Shown: piece after piece, positions 40,358 through 50,099 of the stretch
Numbering within the stretch: the first letter of the stretch is position 1
How the letters are laid out: the number at the start of each line of letters is the position of its first letter
NCBI GenBank assembly: GCA_013824245.1
Contig: PNNN01000050.1
Coordinates: 65,150 to 129,149, forward strand
Source of the DNA: Chlorobiaceae bacterium
GTDB taxonomy: Bacteria; Bacteroidota; Ignavibacteria; UBA10030; SZUA-254
Reading direction: 5' to 3'
DNA length: 64,000 nt
Program-made: the position numbers and the translations under genes
The notes under the pieces: model-generated
What the model saw: only the letters and a program-made list of their open reading frames with translations
Database searches by the model: none
Told to the model about the DNA's origin: nothing

Positions 40358-43039
40358 TGCCGCCATTGCGAGATTAATTTCAGTAATAAGATTGTGGAGA
40401 TCAACAAAGACTTCTTGTGCGGTTTTCTTGCCGCCACGATCTGTAAAAACCGGTTGAAGATCGAAATCTTCAAGGTCTAATGTGAGACTTTGGATAAGAT
40501 GATAGCGGATGAAGTCAATCCACTTTGTTTGCTGTTCCGAAAATTCTTTTCCTTGTTTGACTTTGTTAAGCGCTTTATTAACCCGTTCTTCTATGGTTAG
40601 CAATGGTTCTTCTTCTCGTGCCGCGTGCTTCACAATGGAAATGATGTCGGCAAGCGCCTTGTTGGAAACTAATTTGTGAGCACGCTGGAGTTCTTCCTCA
40701 GGAAAATCATTTTTCTGAAGCTTAGTGCGAAGGTCATTCAATACATCGGTTTTCCAATCCTTCGGCTTATAAAGCAGAACCTTGATCGCTTCGATTTGGT
40801 TTTTGTTTTCCTTCACAAACTTTGAAAACAATTCCAGATAGTCCTGCGGTTTAGCATTAACTCCTCCGACCGAAAATACGGCTTCTGAAGATACGTTATC
40901 CACAATTTCATAGCCCTTAAGAAATGTCCGCTTTGCTCTTGGATAGTCGAGACACAACTCCTGAAATTTTTTATTTCGAAGGAGCGCCATTACATTGACA
41001 AAATCTTTTGCGATACGATTTCTCAGTTCATCTGTGAATTTGCCGATATTGCCTTCGGGGATAAATTCCGCAAACTTTTCTCGCGCCTCTCCGCTTATAT
41101 CTTTTTCGATGCGGCGCAATCGTTTAATAAGAACTCCTGTAAAATAGTTACGATCTACATTCTGATAGATATTCTCGATAACCTGAGCAAGAGGAATAGG
41201 TTCTTTTCGAGGATCTTCGACGCGAAAATCTGTCGTGTTCTTAAAATACTCTATCAATGTTCCATCAAAGCAATCAAATATTTTGAAACACTTTTTATTA
41301 ATAGCGTCACACCTGCGAGTACCTCTTCCAAGCATCTGAGTCCAGAGGATACGCGATTTCACGACACGAAGGAAAACTATAAATTCAAGTGCGGGAATAT
41401 CGACACCCGTGCTGAGCATATCTACCGTAACAACAACCATCGGCTTGGGACGATTTCGGAATTTGCGAATTTTTTCGAGCGGCCTGTCGACATTGGGATT
41501 ACCTGTTATCTTCTGAACAAAGTCATCGCCCTGGCCAAATTCTTCTCGACAAAGCTGTACCAATTGATCAGCATGTGAAGTATGCTGAAGGTCGTTTGCT
41601 GCAAAGATCAATATTTTGGGAAATCGACCGGTTTCTTGTTCATGTGTGCGCGCATATTGTGCGATTTCTTTGACAATCTTTTTATTAGTATCAGGTGAAG
41701 TAATCTTTCTTTCGATTTCTTCGGCAGAATATGTTCTTTCATCTTCTAATTCATCATACGTTTCCTCACCTGTCTCCGTGTTAACTACTCCTACGTGTTC
41801 GCCCTCCTTGAGAAACGTTCCTTTGATAAGAACGTCTGATTTAATTTTGTAAGATTCATAATCACAGAGATAACCGTCTTCGATAGCTTGATCGGTTGTA
41901 TAACGAAATACTATTTCTTTGAACAAGCTCAACGAATGCGGGGCGGGTGTTGCTGTCAATCCGATTTTCACTGCATCAAAATATTCCATCACATCGCGCC
42001 AGATTGCAGTCTCATTGGCTGTATATCCTCTATGACATTCATCAGCAATGATAAGATCGAAGGCATGATTTGGAATATTTATTCTTTCTGCCTCCTCTTC
42101 ATAATCAGGATCGCTTTGATCCTGTTCAAATACTCGCTGCCATCCAAATAGATTGATCGTCATCCGTTGGATAGTTGAGACGTACACAAAGGTATTGCTC
42201 GGCTGAGGAGATGTGAGGTATGAATTGGGAAGAATGTTTGGATTAAAAGGTTCATCATCTTCGAAGTCTTCACGCTTGAATTTCTGACTATAGCATTCGT
42301 ATTCCTGATTAAATTTATATCCTTTGGGAGTTGTAAATGTAGCAAATTCGCGTACTGCCTGAGCAGCAAGCGCCCTGCGATCTACAAGAAAGAGAATGCG
42401 CTTGAATACTCCGGCGCTAAGCAAGCGATAGATTTGTGCAACGGTGAGATAAGTCTTGCCTGTACCGGTAGCCATTGCGACAAGCATTTCCCGCTTACCT
42501 TGCTGAAGAGCTTTTTCAATTGCAGTTATTGCTTCGCTTTGATATAGCCGAATACGGTAAAACTCTGGTTGAGTATGGATAGAGAGGTTAGCATAGTAAT
42601 GTTGACCTCGCTCGAAGATTTCATTAAGTCCCTCCGGTGTATGAAAGTTCGAGATCTTTCGAGATAAGCTTTTTTCATTTCGGACATCAATAAAGAACTC
42701 ATTTTCACCATTTGAAGAATAGAGCAAGGGAACTTTATATTCTCCCCATTTGCCAACGGTATTTTTTGCGCCACGCGAATACCTTTTTGCCTGTTCAAGA
42801 ACATTCTGAGCGCCAACACCTACCTTCTTCCCTTCAATGATTCCAAGAAGTTTTCCTTTTACAAAGAGGGCATAATCTGCTGGTCCGTTATCGGTCTGAA
42901 ATTCTTCAACTGCATGTCGTGTCAGCATGGAAACATCAAGATTGTCTTGATATTTAATGATTTTCCATGGTTGAGGAAGTTCTGTGAGCTTCTTATTGAT
43001 TCTATCTCTACGGGTTTGCCACTCTAATTCTTCTATCAT
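40355..43039 (-). CDS. hsdR: type I restriction enzyme endonuclease/translocase subunit
   Basis: 894 aa. N-terminal nuclease-like region, helicase motif I MATGTGKT and motif II ADECHR. The C-terminal helical tail resembles EcoEI-type HsdR (from memory). Confidence 0.94.
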   Translation of the reverse strand: MIEELEWQTRRDRINKKLTELPQPWKIIKYQDNLDVSMLTRHAVEEFQTDNGPADYALFVKGKLLGIIEGKKVGVGAQNVLEQAKRYSRGAKNTVGKWGEYKVPLLYSSNGENEFFIDVRNEKSLSRKISNFHTPEGLNEIFERGQHYYANLSIHTQPEFYRIRLYQSEAITAIEKALQQGKREMLVAMATGTGKTYLTVAQIYRLLSAGVFKRILFLVDRRALAAQAVREFATFTTPKGYKFNQEYECYSQKFKREDFEDDEPFNPNILPNSYLTSPQPSNTFVYVSTIQRMTINLFGWQRVFEQDQSDPDYEEEAERINIPNHAFDLIIADECHRGYTANETAIWRDVMEYFDAVKIGLTATPAPHSLSLFKEIVFRYTTDQAIEDGYLCDYESYKIKSDVLIKGTFLKEGEHVGVVNTETGEETYDELEDERTYSAEEIERKITSPDTNKKIVKEIAQYARTHEQETGRFPKILIFAANDLQHTSHADQLVQLCREEFGQGDDFVQKITGNPNVDRPLEKIRKFRNRPKPMVVVTVDMLSTGVDIPALEFIVFLRVVKSRILWTQMLGRGTRRCDAINKKCFKIFDCFDGTLIEYFKNTTDFRVEDPRKEPIPLAQVIENIYQNVDRNYFTGVLIKRLRRIEKDISGEAREKFAEFIPEGNIGKFTDELRNRIAKDFVNVMALLRNKKFQELCLDYPRAKRTFLKGYEIVDNVSSEAVFSVGGVNAKPQDYLELFSKFVKENKNQIEAIKVLLYKPKDWKTDVLNDLRTKLQKNDFPEEELQRAHKLVSNKALADIISIVKHAAREEEPLLTIEERVNKALNKVKQGKEFSEQQTKWIDFIRYHLIQSLTLDLEDFDLQPVFTDRGGKKTAQEVFVDLHNLITEINLAMAA

Positions 43040-43160
43040 ATTATAGCTGTGATGATATTATTTTCCCAGGATTATTATCATGACTCAAAACGTACAAAAT
43101 ATTTGCCATTCTTACAAGAGATGTTAAGAAATCAGTCTATCAATCAATGGACTATACGCT

Positions 43161-45161
43161 TTATTTCGCTTCCGCTAATCTTATCAACACAACTCCATGA
43201 TACGGCACTTCTGTTTCGAATACATTTTCAAAAACTCCGAGGTCTTTCTGCCGCCAAACATCTCGAACAGTAAACTTACTGCTAATGCCGAGGTCGTTTC
43301 CTTTTAATATAATCTTCGCCGATTTCTTTTCACCCCAATTGAAATATTTCTCGGGTTCTTTCTTTTCACCTAAATCAGGATAGAAAAGTCCGACTGCCTT
43401 CGATCCGTCTTCCATTTCCTTCATCCAGATCTGTTTACCGTCTTCGTCATAAATTCTCCGCGCTTGAACGCCAAGAGGATCTTGATTGATCTCAATGACT
43501 TCATCATTGGTGAGAAGGTTCAAAGTGAAATCATCAAGCCGACTCATATCAGCGCCGATGAGAAGCGGTGAGCAAAGAAGCGACCACAAACTTATGTGTG
43601 TGTATTGTTCGTCTGGTGTGAGATTTGATGGATGCAACTGCGGACCCCAGCCAACGAGTCCGACAACAAGCATATCAGGATCGTTCCAATGTCCGGGACC
43701 TGCATACTTCTCGTGTCCCGCTTGATTGAAGCCGATGCCGGACATGCTCGACCAAGTGTCGGTAATGTCACCGGTTGTGCGCCAGCAGTTTCCGCCAACT
43801 TCTTCCCCCCATTCCCACACTTTCCCCATTCCGTACTGGCATAGACTGTAGACGATATCACGAGGAACTTTGCTGAGAGCATCGCGCATAACCTGGTAGG
43901 GCTTCTTGAGTTCCGGCAAACTTCTGTCTTTTGCAATCTTGCTGTAAGAGCACCAATCGTATTTTAGATAATCGATTCCCCAATCAGCGTATCGCTGTGC
44001 ATCTTGAAATTCATATTGATAACTTGCAGTGAAACCGGCGCATGTTAGCGGACCAGGTCCGGAATAGATTCCTAACTTCAACCCTTTGCCGTGAACGTAA
44101 TCAGCCAGCGCTTTCATATCGGGAAATTTTTTATTTGTGTTGATCATGCCGTTCTTGTCGCGCAGTTCACCTTGCAATTCCGGTTCTTTCGCGTCGGGTT
44201 TTATTTCCCAACAATCATCGATATTGATATACGTCCATCCGTAATTGATAAGTCCTGAAGAAACCATTGCATCAGCCGATTCCCGAACCTTTGCATCATC
44301 AACAGCACATGCCCAGCAATTCCAGCTATTCCAACCCATCGGCGGTGTGAGTGAGATTTGATTTCCAACCTTGATGCGAAGTTCACGCTTCGCATCACCA
44401 ATTTCATTCTTTGCGATCAATGTTACATTACGCTCACCTGCTTTCATTATTTGTCCGGTGATGATTCCACTTGCTTCATCCAGAGATAATCCATCGGCAA
44501 GATTTTCTGCCGAGAAGGTCATCGGTCGTTTACCGGTTGCCGCAATTGTATAGAGGAATGGATTCCCCGGTCGAACACCGAAAACTTTCGCTCCATTTAT
44601 TTTGGGTGAATCGGAAGGTTTCGGAGTTAGTATATATGGTTCAATCGCAGTTTTAACTACAAGCTCATCCGGGGTGCGTTTCGATGTAAACTCTATTTTT
44701 GCATCGCACCAATCAGCATGATCATAATCTATCCAATCATCGGCATCTCCGACGAGAAGTCCGAGAAGTTTGATTCCATCAAGATTGAGATTAACTTTTT
44801 CCGGTTTATCACCTTTCTTCATCACCGGACTTTCCCACAAGATTTTCTTATCTCCGACAACGAAGAACTTTACCGATCCATTGCCATCAACAACTTCATC
44901 ATCTAATCCAACAAATGCGGTGAATTGTTTCCCTTTGCCGTCGAGATTCAATAGCAAAGTGCTGACGGCATGTGTTCCAACACCGCGCTCAAATTTTTGT
45001 CCTGCTAAGGTGAGCGGATTTCCTTCGACGGATTTGTTTGCTTCAGGTGTTCCCCAACCGCATTGCATCGAGGTAAGATCAAGCTCGTCGAGCCAGATAG
45101 TTTGAGCTTCTAGAATTCCCGTAAAAAAGATTATGATAATAATTAACAATACGGTTTTCAT
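43161..45161 (-). CDS. secreted alpha-galactosidase (GH27) with N-terminal NPCBM-like carbohydrate-binding modules
   Basis: 666 aa. Signal peptide and NPCBM-like WLDELDL...GWG..., then the GH27 core PPMGWNSWN, YINIDDCW, LKYDWC. Confidence 0.88.
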   Translation of the reverse strand: MKTVLLIIIIIFFTGILEAQTIWLDELDLTSMQCGWGTPEANKSVEGNPLTLAGQKFERGVGTHAVSTLLLNLDGKGKQFTAFVGLDDEVVDGNGSVKFFVVGDKKILWESPVMKKGDKPEKVNLNLDGIKLLGLLVGDADDWIDYDHADWCDAKIEFTSKRTPDELVVKTAIEPYILTPKPSDSPKINGAKVFGVRPGNPFLYTIAATGKRPMTFSAENLADGLSLDEASGIITGQIMKAGERNVTLIAKNEIGDAKRELRIKVGNQISLTPPMGWNSWNCWACAVDDAKVRESADAMVSSGLINYGWTYINIDDCWEIKPDAKEPELQGELRDKNGMINTNKKFPDMKALADYVHGKGLKLGIYSGPGPLTCAGFTASYQYEFQDAQRYADWGIDYLKYDWCSYSKIAKDRSLPELKKPYQVMRDALSKVPRDIVYSLCQYGMGKVWEWGEEVGGNCWRTTGDITDTWSSMSGIGFNQAGHEKYAGPGHWNDPDMLVVGLVGWGPQLHPSNLTPDEQYTHISLWSLLCSPLLIGADMSRLDDFTLNLLTNDEVIEINQDPLGVQARRIYDEDGKQIWMKEMEDGSKAVGLFYPDLGEKKEPEKYFNWGEKKSAKIILKGNDLGISSKFTVRDVWRQKDLGVFENVFETEVPYHGVVLIRLAEAK

Positions 45162-45283
45162 AAAAAGATACTCCTTTCATAAAAAAATATCTCATAAAAA
45201 TTGGATTGATGGATTGATGGAGTTTTGGGATCCATTAGTCCATTCTCCAGCAATTCATTGCTCCAGTACTCCAATGTATTTAC

Positions 45284-47473
45284 TTATTTGAACAGGTTTT
45301 CAGGAAATTCTTTTTCAAGTAAATAGCGATAGTAAAAGCGATAATTATCATTCCGCAAGTGTGTTGCCTTAGATCCACCCCATCCGTGTCTTCCGCCGGG
45401 ATATATCATCAACTCGAAATGTTTTTTAGAATCCTCTAAAGCATTAACAAGTTGCAAAATATTTTGCATATGGACATTATCATCCATAGTGCCGTGGACT
45501 ATGCGAAGCATTCCTTTGTATTTATCCACGAAATTCATAGCCGATCCGTTTTTGTACCCATCGGGATTCTCTGCCGGACTATCCATATATCGCTCTGCGT
45601 AATGTGAATCGTACAATTTGAAATCTGTTACAGAGTATAATGCAAGCCCATGTGTGAAGTAATCTGCACCATAAGTAAGCGCAAGAGATGTAACATAGCC
45701 GCCGTAACTTCCCCCGGTGATACATATTTTAGTTGAATCGACAAACTGTTTTTTCCTGAGCCATTTTACTACTTCAATGTAATCGTTCATTTCCCATTTG
45801 CCTAACTGCCGATGCATGAGCGAAACGCCTTCTTTACCAAAATGACCGGAACCACGGTGATCGATTGCAATCTGTATTACACCTTCAACCGCCAGCCATT
45901 GCCCGCGCAACCCACCCCACGAGTTTGCTACAGTTGGAGAATTTGGTCCGCCATAAATACTTATTAAAACCGGATATTTTTTATTCTGATCAAAGTTAGT
46001 TGGCAGCGTCCAGCTTACGGGCAGATTGAAGCCATCCGACGTAGGAACACGGAACAATTCCGATTGGGCAATCTTGTATTTCTCGAATTCTTCCGTTTTA
46101 CTGTCGCCAAGCTCTTTCACTAACTTTCCTTGCGAGTCGTAAATTGCCATGCGAGATGGCGTATAAATGTTGGAATAAGTTGTGATGAAATATTTACCAT
46201 TCGGTGAAAGATTGATGGAGTGAGTAAAATTGCCGAAAGTCAATCGCGTTAGCTCTTTCCCGTTAAAACGAACCCGATAGAGATCGGTGCTTGTTGACGC
46301 TTCTTTCTTAGCGGTGAAATAAATGATTTCATTTTTCTCATCCGCGAGCAGAACATTCGACACAGCCCATTTTCCATCTGTGATTTGTTTTATCAATTTC
46401 CCGCTCATGCTATAATGGTAAAGATGAGTCCAACCGCTCTTGTCGCTCTGGATGATGAAACTTTTTCCATCTTTTAAAAAATTCATTTTCTCAAACCAAT
46501 CGACCCATGAAGGTTGATGCTCGATATAAACCGGTTTCTTTTTTCCCGTTTCTAAATTGATTGAATAAAGAATCAAAGAATCTTGCTGACGGTTCATCCA
46601 TTGTGTAACAAGTTGATTACCGTCGGGCGACCAAAACGGTTCGCCGAAATATTGATCATCTTTCTGATCAAAATCTGCCCATTCAATTTTGTTTTTATTG
46701 AGATCAATAATACCGAGTTTAATTTCGGGATTCGGATCGCCGGCTTTGGGATAACGAGTATTTTCTAGAAATCCATGATGCCCTTCTGAGTTATAAAGAG
46801 GAAAAACGGGCACATTCGTTTCGTCAAATCTATAGAAAGCTATCTGTTTGCTGTTTGGAGACCACCAGAATGCCTTGTACTTGGATGAACGCCCGAAAAT
46901 TTCTTCGTAATAAAGCCATGCCGCCCATCCGTTATACACAACATCACTGCCATCGGTTGTGTATCGGATTTCTTTCCCTGATTCAAGATCAATTGTGAAA
47001 AGATCGTGTTCCCTTGTAAACGCAACAAATTTTCCGTCAGGGGACAGTATCGGGGTTTTTTCCTCTGCTTTGTTATTTGTTAATCGCCTGAATTCATTAT
47101 TCTTCGTATCAAGAAGATACAGATCGTTCTCTTTTTCGTATATCAATTTATCGAATGATTCATTGTGGGATGAAGGTTTTTCCATCACAATTTCGGAATC
47201 GACTATTGATTTAAATCGATCGAGATCTCTGTATAAAACTTCAACTCCTGTTTTAACATTCACCGAATAAAGCTTGGCTGTTTCATCGCCATTATTCTTT
47301 TTCATTTCAAGATAATGATCATCATCAGCCCAGCCGGTAACATTCGGCAAGCTCTTGATTAATTTGGGTTCTCCATTCTTAAAAATCTGGTCGAACGTAA
47401 GGGGCTTTTTCTCTTGAGCATTTGCAATCAATGCTATTAACAAAAAAATTGAAATCAACCGAACACGTTTCAT
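45284..47473 (-). CDS. dipeptidyl-peptidase IV (S9B family serine peptidase)
   Basis: 729 aa. Signal peptide, DPP-IV N-terminal propeller region and catalytic GGSYGGY, with distal D and H. Confidence 0.9.
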   Translation of the reverse strand: MKRVRLISIFLLIALIANAQEKKPLTFDQIFKNGEPKLIKSLPNVTGWADDDHYLEMKKNNGDETAKLYSVNVKTGVEVLYRDLDRFKSIVDSEIVMEKPSSHNESFDKLIYEKENDLYLLDTKNNEFRRLTNNKAEEKTPILSPDGKFVAFTREHDLFTIDLESGKEIRYTTDGSDVVYNGWAAWLYYEEIFGRSSKYKAFWWSPNSKQIAFYRFDETNVPVFPLYNSEGHHGFLENTRYPKAGDPNPEIKLGIIDLNKNKIEWADFDQKDDQYFGEPFWSPDGNQLVTQWMNRQQDSLILYSINLETGKKKPVYIEHQPSWVDWFEKMNFLKDGKSFIIQSDKSGWTHLYHYSMSGKLIKQITDGKWAVSNVLLADEKNEIIYFTAKKEASTSTDLYRVRFNGKELTRLTFGNFTHSINLSPNGKYFITTYSNIYTPSRMAIYDSQGKLVKELGDSKTEEFEKYKIAQSELFRVPTSDGFNLPVSWTLPTNFDQNKKYPVLISIYGGPNSPTVANSWGGLRGQWLAVEGVIQIAIDHRGSGHFGKEGVSLMHRQLGKWEMNDYIEVVKWLRKKQFVDSTKICITGGSYGGYVTSLALTYGADYFTHGLALYSVTDFKLYDSHYAERYMDSPAENPDGYKNGSAMNFVDKYKGMLRIVHGTMDDNVHMQNILQLVNALEDSKKHFELMIYPGGRHGWGGSKATHLRNDNYRFYYRYLLEKEFPENLFK

Positions 47474-47530
47474 GATAACTCCATTGAGGGTAAATTGTTT
47501 AGTAGATTAAAACTCGAGTTCTAAAAAAAA

Positions 47531-50098
47531 TTAACGATTATTTTGCCACACAAATTCGCCATTTTCCACACTCCAGTCAAGTCCGAAAAAACCCGTTCCA
47601 ACAATGCCTTTTTCACCATCTGTTATTAATTGTGGGTTGAAAAGAGTGAAGTCGGGCAAACCGATTCCCGGATTCATATAAGGAATTCGCGTGGTTAGCT
47701 TCATGCCAACCAAGCCGGAACCTGTGATAACCGCTACGCTGGCTTTTTCAGTTCCTTTCCGTGGTCTAACAAATATACAGCCAAGCTGATTGCCTTTAAT
47801 TTTCTTCCCTCCAACTGTAACAAAATTATTTCCGACCTGAACAGGACTATCATCCAACAATTTTTTCCAAGCCGTGTTTGTATTTCGATTACCATAAAGA
47901 ATGATATTGCAATCCGGATATTTTGAAGAATTAAAATCAATGTCAGCATAAATATCGATCGAACCATTTCCTTGATACCAAAATTTCTCGGCATCATAAC
48001 GCGCTTTGTTGAATGCCCATTTGTTTTCTTCATCCGAACCGTGTGTGCCATATACAAATATAACTCGATTTCGAAATGTTTCTTTTAACGTTCCATAGCG
48101 GTTAGAATTTTTAACATTTGGTGTTGGTTCAGAACATGTTTGCCACTTCCCAAATTTATTTTCTAACCAGATTTGCTGTTGATTGTGAGCGATTGGAATT
48201 TTTCCAACTTTCTGGCTGTCTAATTCGATTATAACGGAATCTTTCATTTTAAAAATATCAAGATCGAAAGCGATCCTTGCCGCATTGTTCGTAATACCCG
48301 CAAATCTTTGCACGCCCGGATCGAAGCGAACTGATATAGAACTCATCTTTAGCTGTTCAAGCTGCGCGTCTATCATAACCCAATTATTTTTTGCCGAAAC
48401 ACCCGGATTTGATGTGGTAAAATTGATTTCTCTAATGTGTTCTTTTTCGGGACGTGAATGTCGCGCAAAAAAATCGAACATCGGCGCCCAATCAACACAA
48501 TCCACGCCCGGCTCATCCGATAAATCCCACCAATGCCCGACATCTTTCTGTTCATGATAGATAAAATCTTTATAATTATGCTTATTAAGCTCATCAACCA
48601 TCATACGCGATTGTTCAGGATAGACATTGTCATCCTCCGAACCATGAAGAATGTACGCACCAAGCTGTTTATAATTTTCAACATGCTGAAATGTTTCACT
48701 CGGTGTTGTTGCACGACGAATCATTCTTCGGATATCAGTTGTATCAAGATAATTCTGTCCGCGGAAACGGTAAGTCCAAAAACTAATCCAACCGGCACTT
48801 GGACCAATTGCTGCAAATTGATCGGGATAAAGCGATCCAATGTGCCAAACTCCATGACCACCCATCGAATGACCCGTAAGATAAATTCTGTTCTCATCGA
48901 TTTTAAATTTTTTCTTGACAATATCCAGCACTTCCAGCGCATCAATTCGTCCCCACCCTTCCCAGTTAAAACCATAAGGGCGACGGTTTGTAGGTGCGAT
49001 AATGTGTCCCCAAGTTTTTGGATAGTATGAACCCGACTGATTGATCGCTTCCACAGAAGCACCATGCAGTGAGAGAAAAAGTGTTTGTGATTTTTCACGG
49101 CAAGTATCGCTCGCCGGATTGATACCGTAATATTGCACGCTGCCGTCGATTTCGCTTATAAATGTTTCTTTGTGATTGTCCAACGAATTGACAACTCGGA
49201 ATGGAATTATCGCTGTATCAAGAATTTCAATTTTATCTTTTATTTTCCTTACTAATTTCAGGTGCACATTTGTCGTTCTTTTATTCTTAATTCCATCGCC
49301 ATTGAGGTAAAATCCTGTTTTCCTAACACTCTGCGGTTGGATAATGGGCGCTGTTAACTCAGTCTGTTTTCCATTTTCGATGACTGATTGAATTGAGAGA
49401 TTTTGTAAAATCTCTTGCGAAGAATTTATAATTACTATCGCACCATACATCCCGATTTTTTCACCGATGATGAAATCGGGGATTGTTATATCTCTTGTGT
49501 TGAACATGACCTGTTTTTTCGGTGGGTAGATTTTCGCCTTAAATCTCCCGCGCTGACAGCGAAACAGAAAATCGTTCTTTCCTTTTTCAAGCATGACTGG
49601 AAGAAGTGAATATTGAAAATTCGGCTCCCATGGTTCCCAATTATCTTTTAAACCGTATGCATTGCCGGAACGCGGAACACCGTTTATATACACCATTTCA
49701 TTTCCCATCGCTTCGAGAAGCATAACGGATCTCTTTTTCATCTCTACCAAAAAATAAAGATAGCAACCGGTTAAAACTGAATCTTCAAACCAGCCGGTGG
49801 AATCGGCAATAATTGCGCTCCACTTATGTCTCTCACCATTGGCAAAAGTTACGCTCTTACCTTCCTTCGGGACATTCCAGTTGCCAAGCGCCAGATTTGC
49901 CTCAACAGGATTCGGGGCAATGATGGTCTCCGAATAACCACGAGGTAATTGTAAAGCCAGACCTCGATGCATCGTCAGCGTATCGGATAAGATTATTTTC
50001 GATTTATGAAGGATAGTTGCATGTTCTTCACTGTTTGCATTGGTAAGGTATAAGCAGACAATCAATATTTTTAAAAAGAATTTCATCCGGAATTCCAT
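47531..50098 (-). CDS. secreted alpha/beta-hydrolase (prolyl-oligopeptidase/esterase-like) with large N- and C-terminal extensions
   Basis: 855 aa. Signal peptide and nucleophile elbow GHSMGGHG in the middle of the protein. Substrate unknown. Confidence 0.65.
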   Translation of the reverse strand: MEFRMKFFLKILIVCLYLTNANSEEHATILHKSKIILSDTLTMHRGLALQLPRGYSETIIAPNPVEANLALGNWNVPKEGKSVTFANGERHKWSAIIADSTGWFEDSVLTGCYLYFLVEMKKRSVMLLEAMGNEMVYINGVPRSGNAYGLKDNWEPWEPNFQYSLLPVMLEKGKNDFLFRCQRGRFKAKIYPPKKQVMFNTRDITIPDFIIGEKIGMYGAIVIINSSQEILQNLSIQSVIENGKQTELTAPIIQPQSVRKTGFYLNGDGIKNKRTTNVHLKLVRKIKDKIEILDTAIIPFRVVNSLDNHKETFISEIDGSVQYYGINPASDTCREKSQTLFLSLHGASVEAINQSGSYYPKTWGHIIAPTNRRPYGFNWEGWGRIDALEVLDIVKKKFKIDENRIYLTGHSMGGHGVWHIGSLYPDQFAAIGPSAGWISFWTYRFRGQNYLDTTDIRRMIRRATTPSETFQHVENYKQLGAYILHGSEDDNVYPEQSRMMVDELNKHNYKDFIYHEQKDVGHWWDLSDEPGVDCVDWAPMFDFFARHSRPEKEHIREINFTTSNPGVSAKNNWVMIDAQLEQLKMSSISVRFDPGVQRFAGITNNAARIAFDLDIFKMKDSVIIELDSQKVGKIPIAHNQQQIWLENKFGKWQTCSEPTPNVKNSNRYGTLKETFRNRVIFVYGTHGSDEENKWAFNKARYDAEKFWYQGNGSIDIYADIDFNSSKYPDCNIILYGNRNTNTAWKKLLDDSPVQVGNNFVTVGGKKIKGNQLGCIFVRPRKGTEKASVAVITGSGLVGMKLTTRIPYMNPGIGLPDFTLFNPQLITDGEKGIVGTGFFGLDWSVENGEFVWQNNR

Positions 50099-50099
50099 T

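Noticed and set aside
40183-40377. + strand ORF with repeated LSLSKCRS peptide
   Set aside because: It is produced by translating the 44-bp tandem repeat and overlaps the GIY-YIG start and the hsdR stop. Not a plausible gene.
43051-43083. Imperfect inverted repeat ATGATATTATT...ATTATTATCAT just upstream of hsdR as a possible controller (C-protein) operator
   Set aside because: It is AT-only and imperfect (9 of 11), there is no C-protein gene in the island, and such repeats arise easily in AT-rich promoters.
43592-43936. Antisense or nested ORFs inside large CDSs (for example 43592..43936, 48533..49030, 10691..11110, 1663..2283, 2608..3045)
   Set aside because: They lie entirely within strongly supported genes on the opposite strand or in other frames. 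Their composition is low-complexity or Cys/Ser/Arg-rich, as is typical of shadow ORFs.
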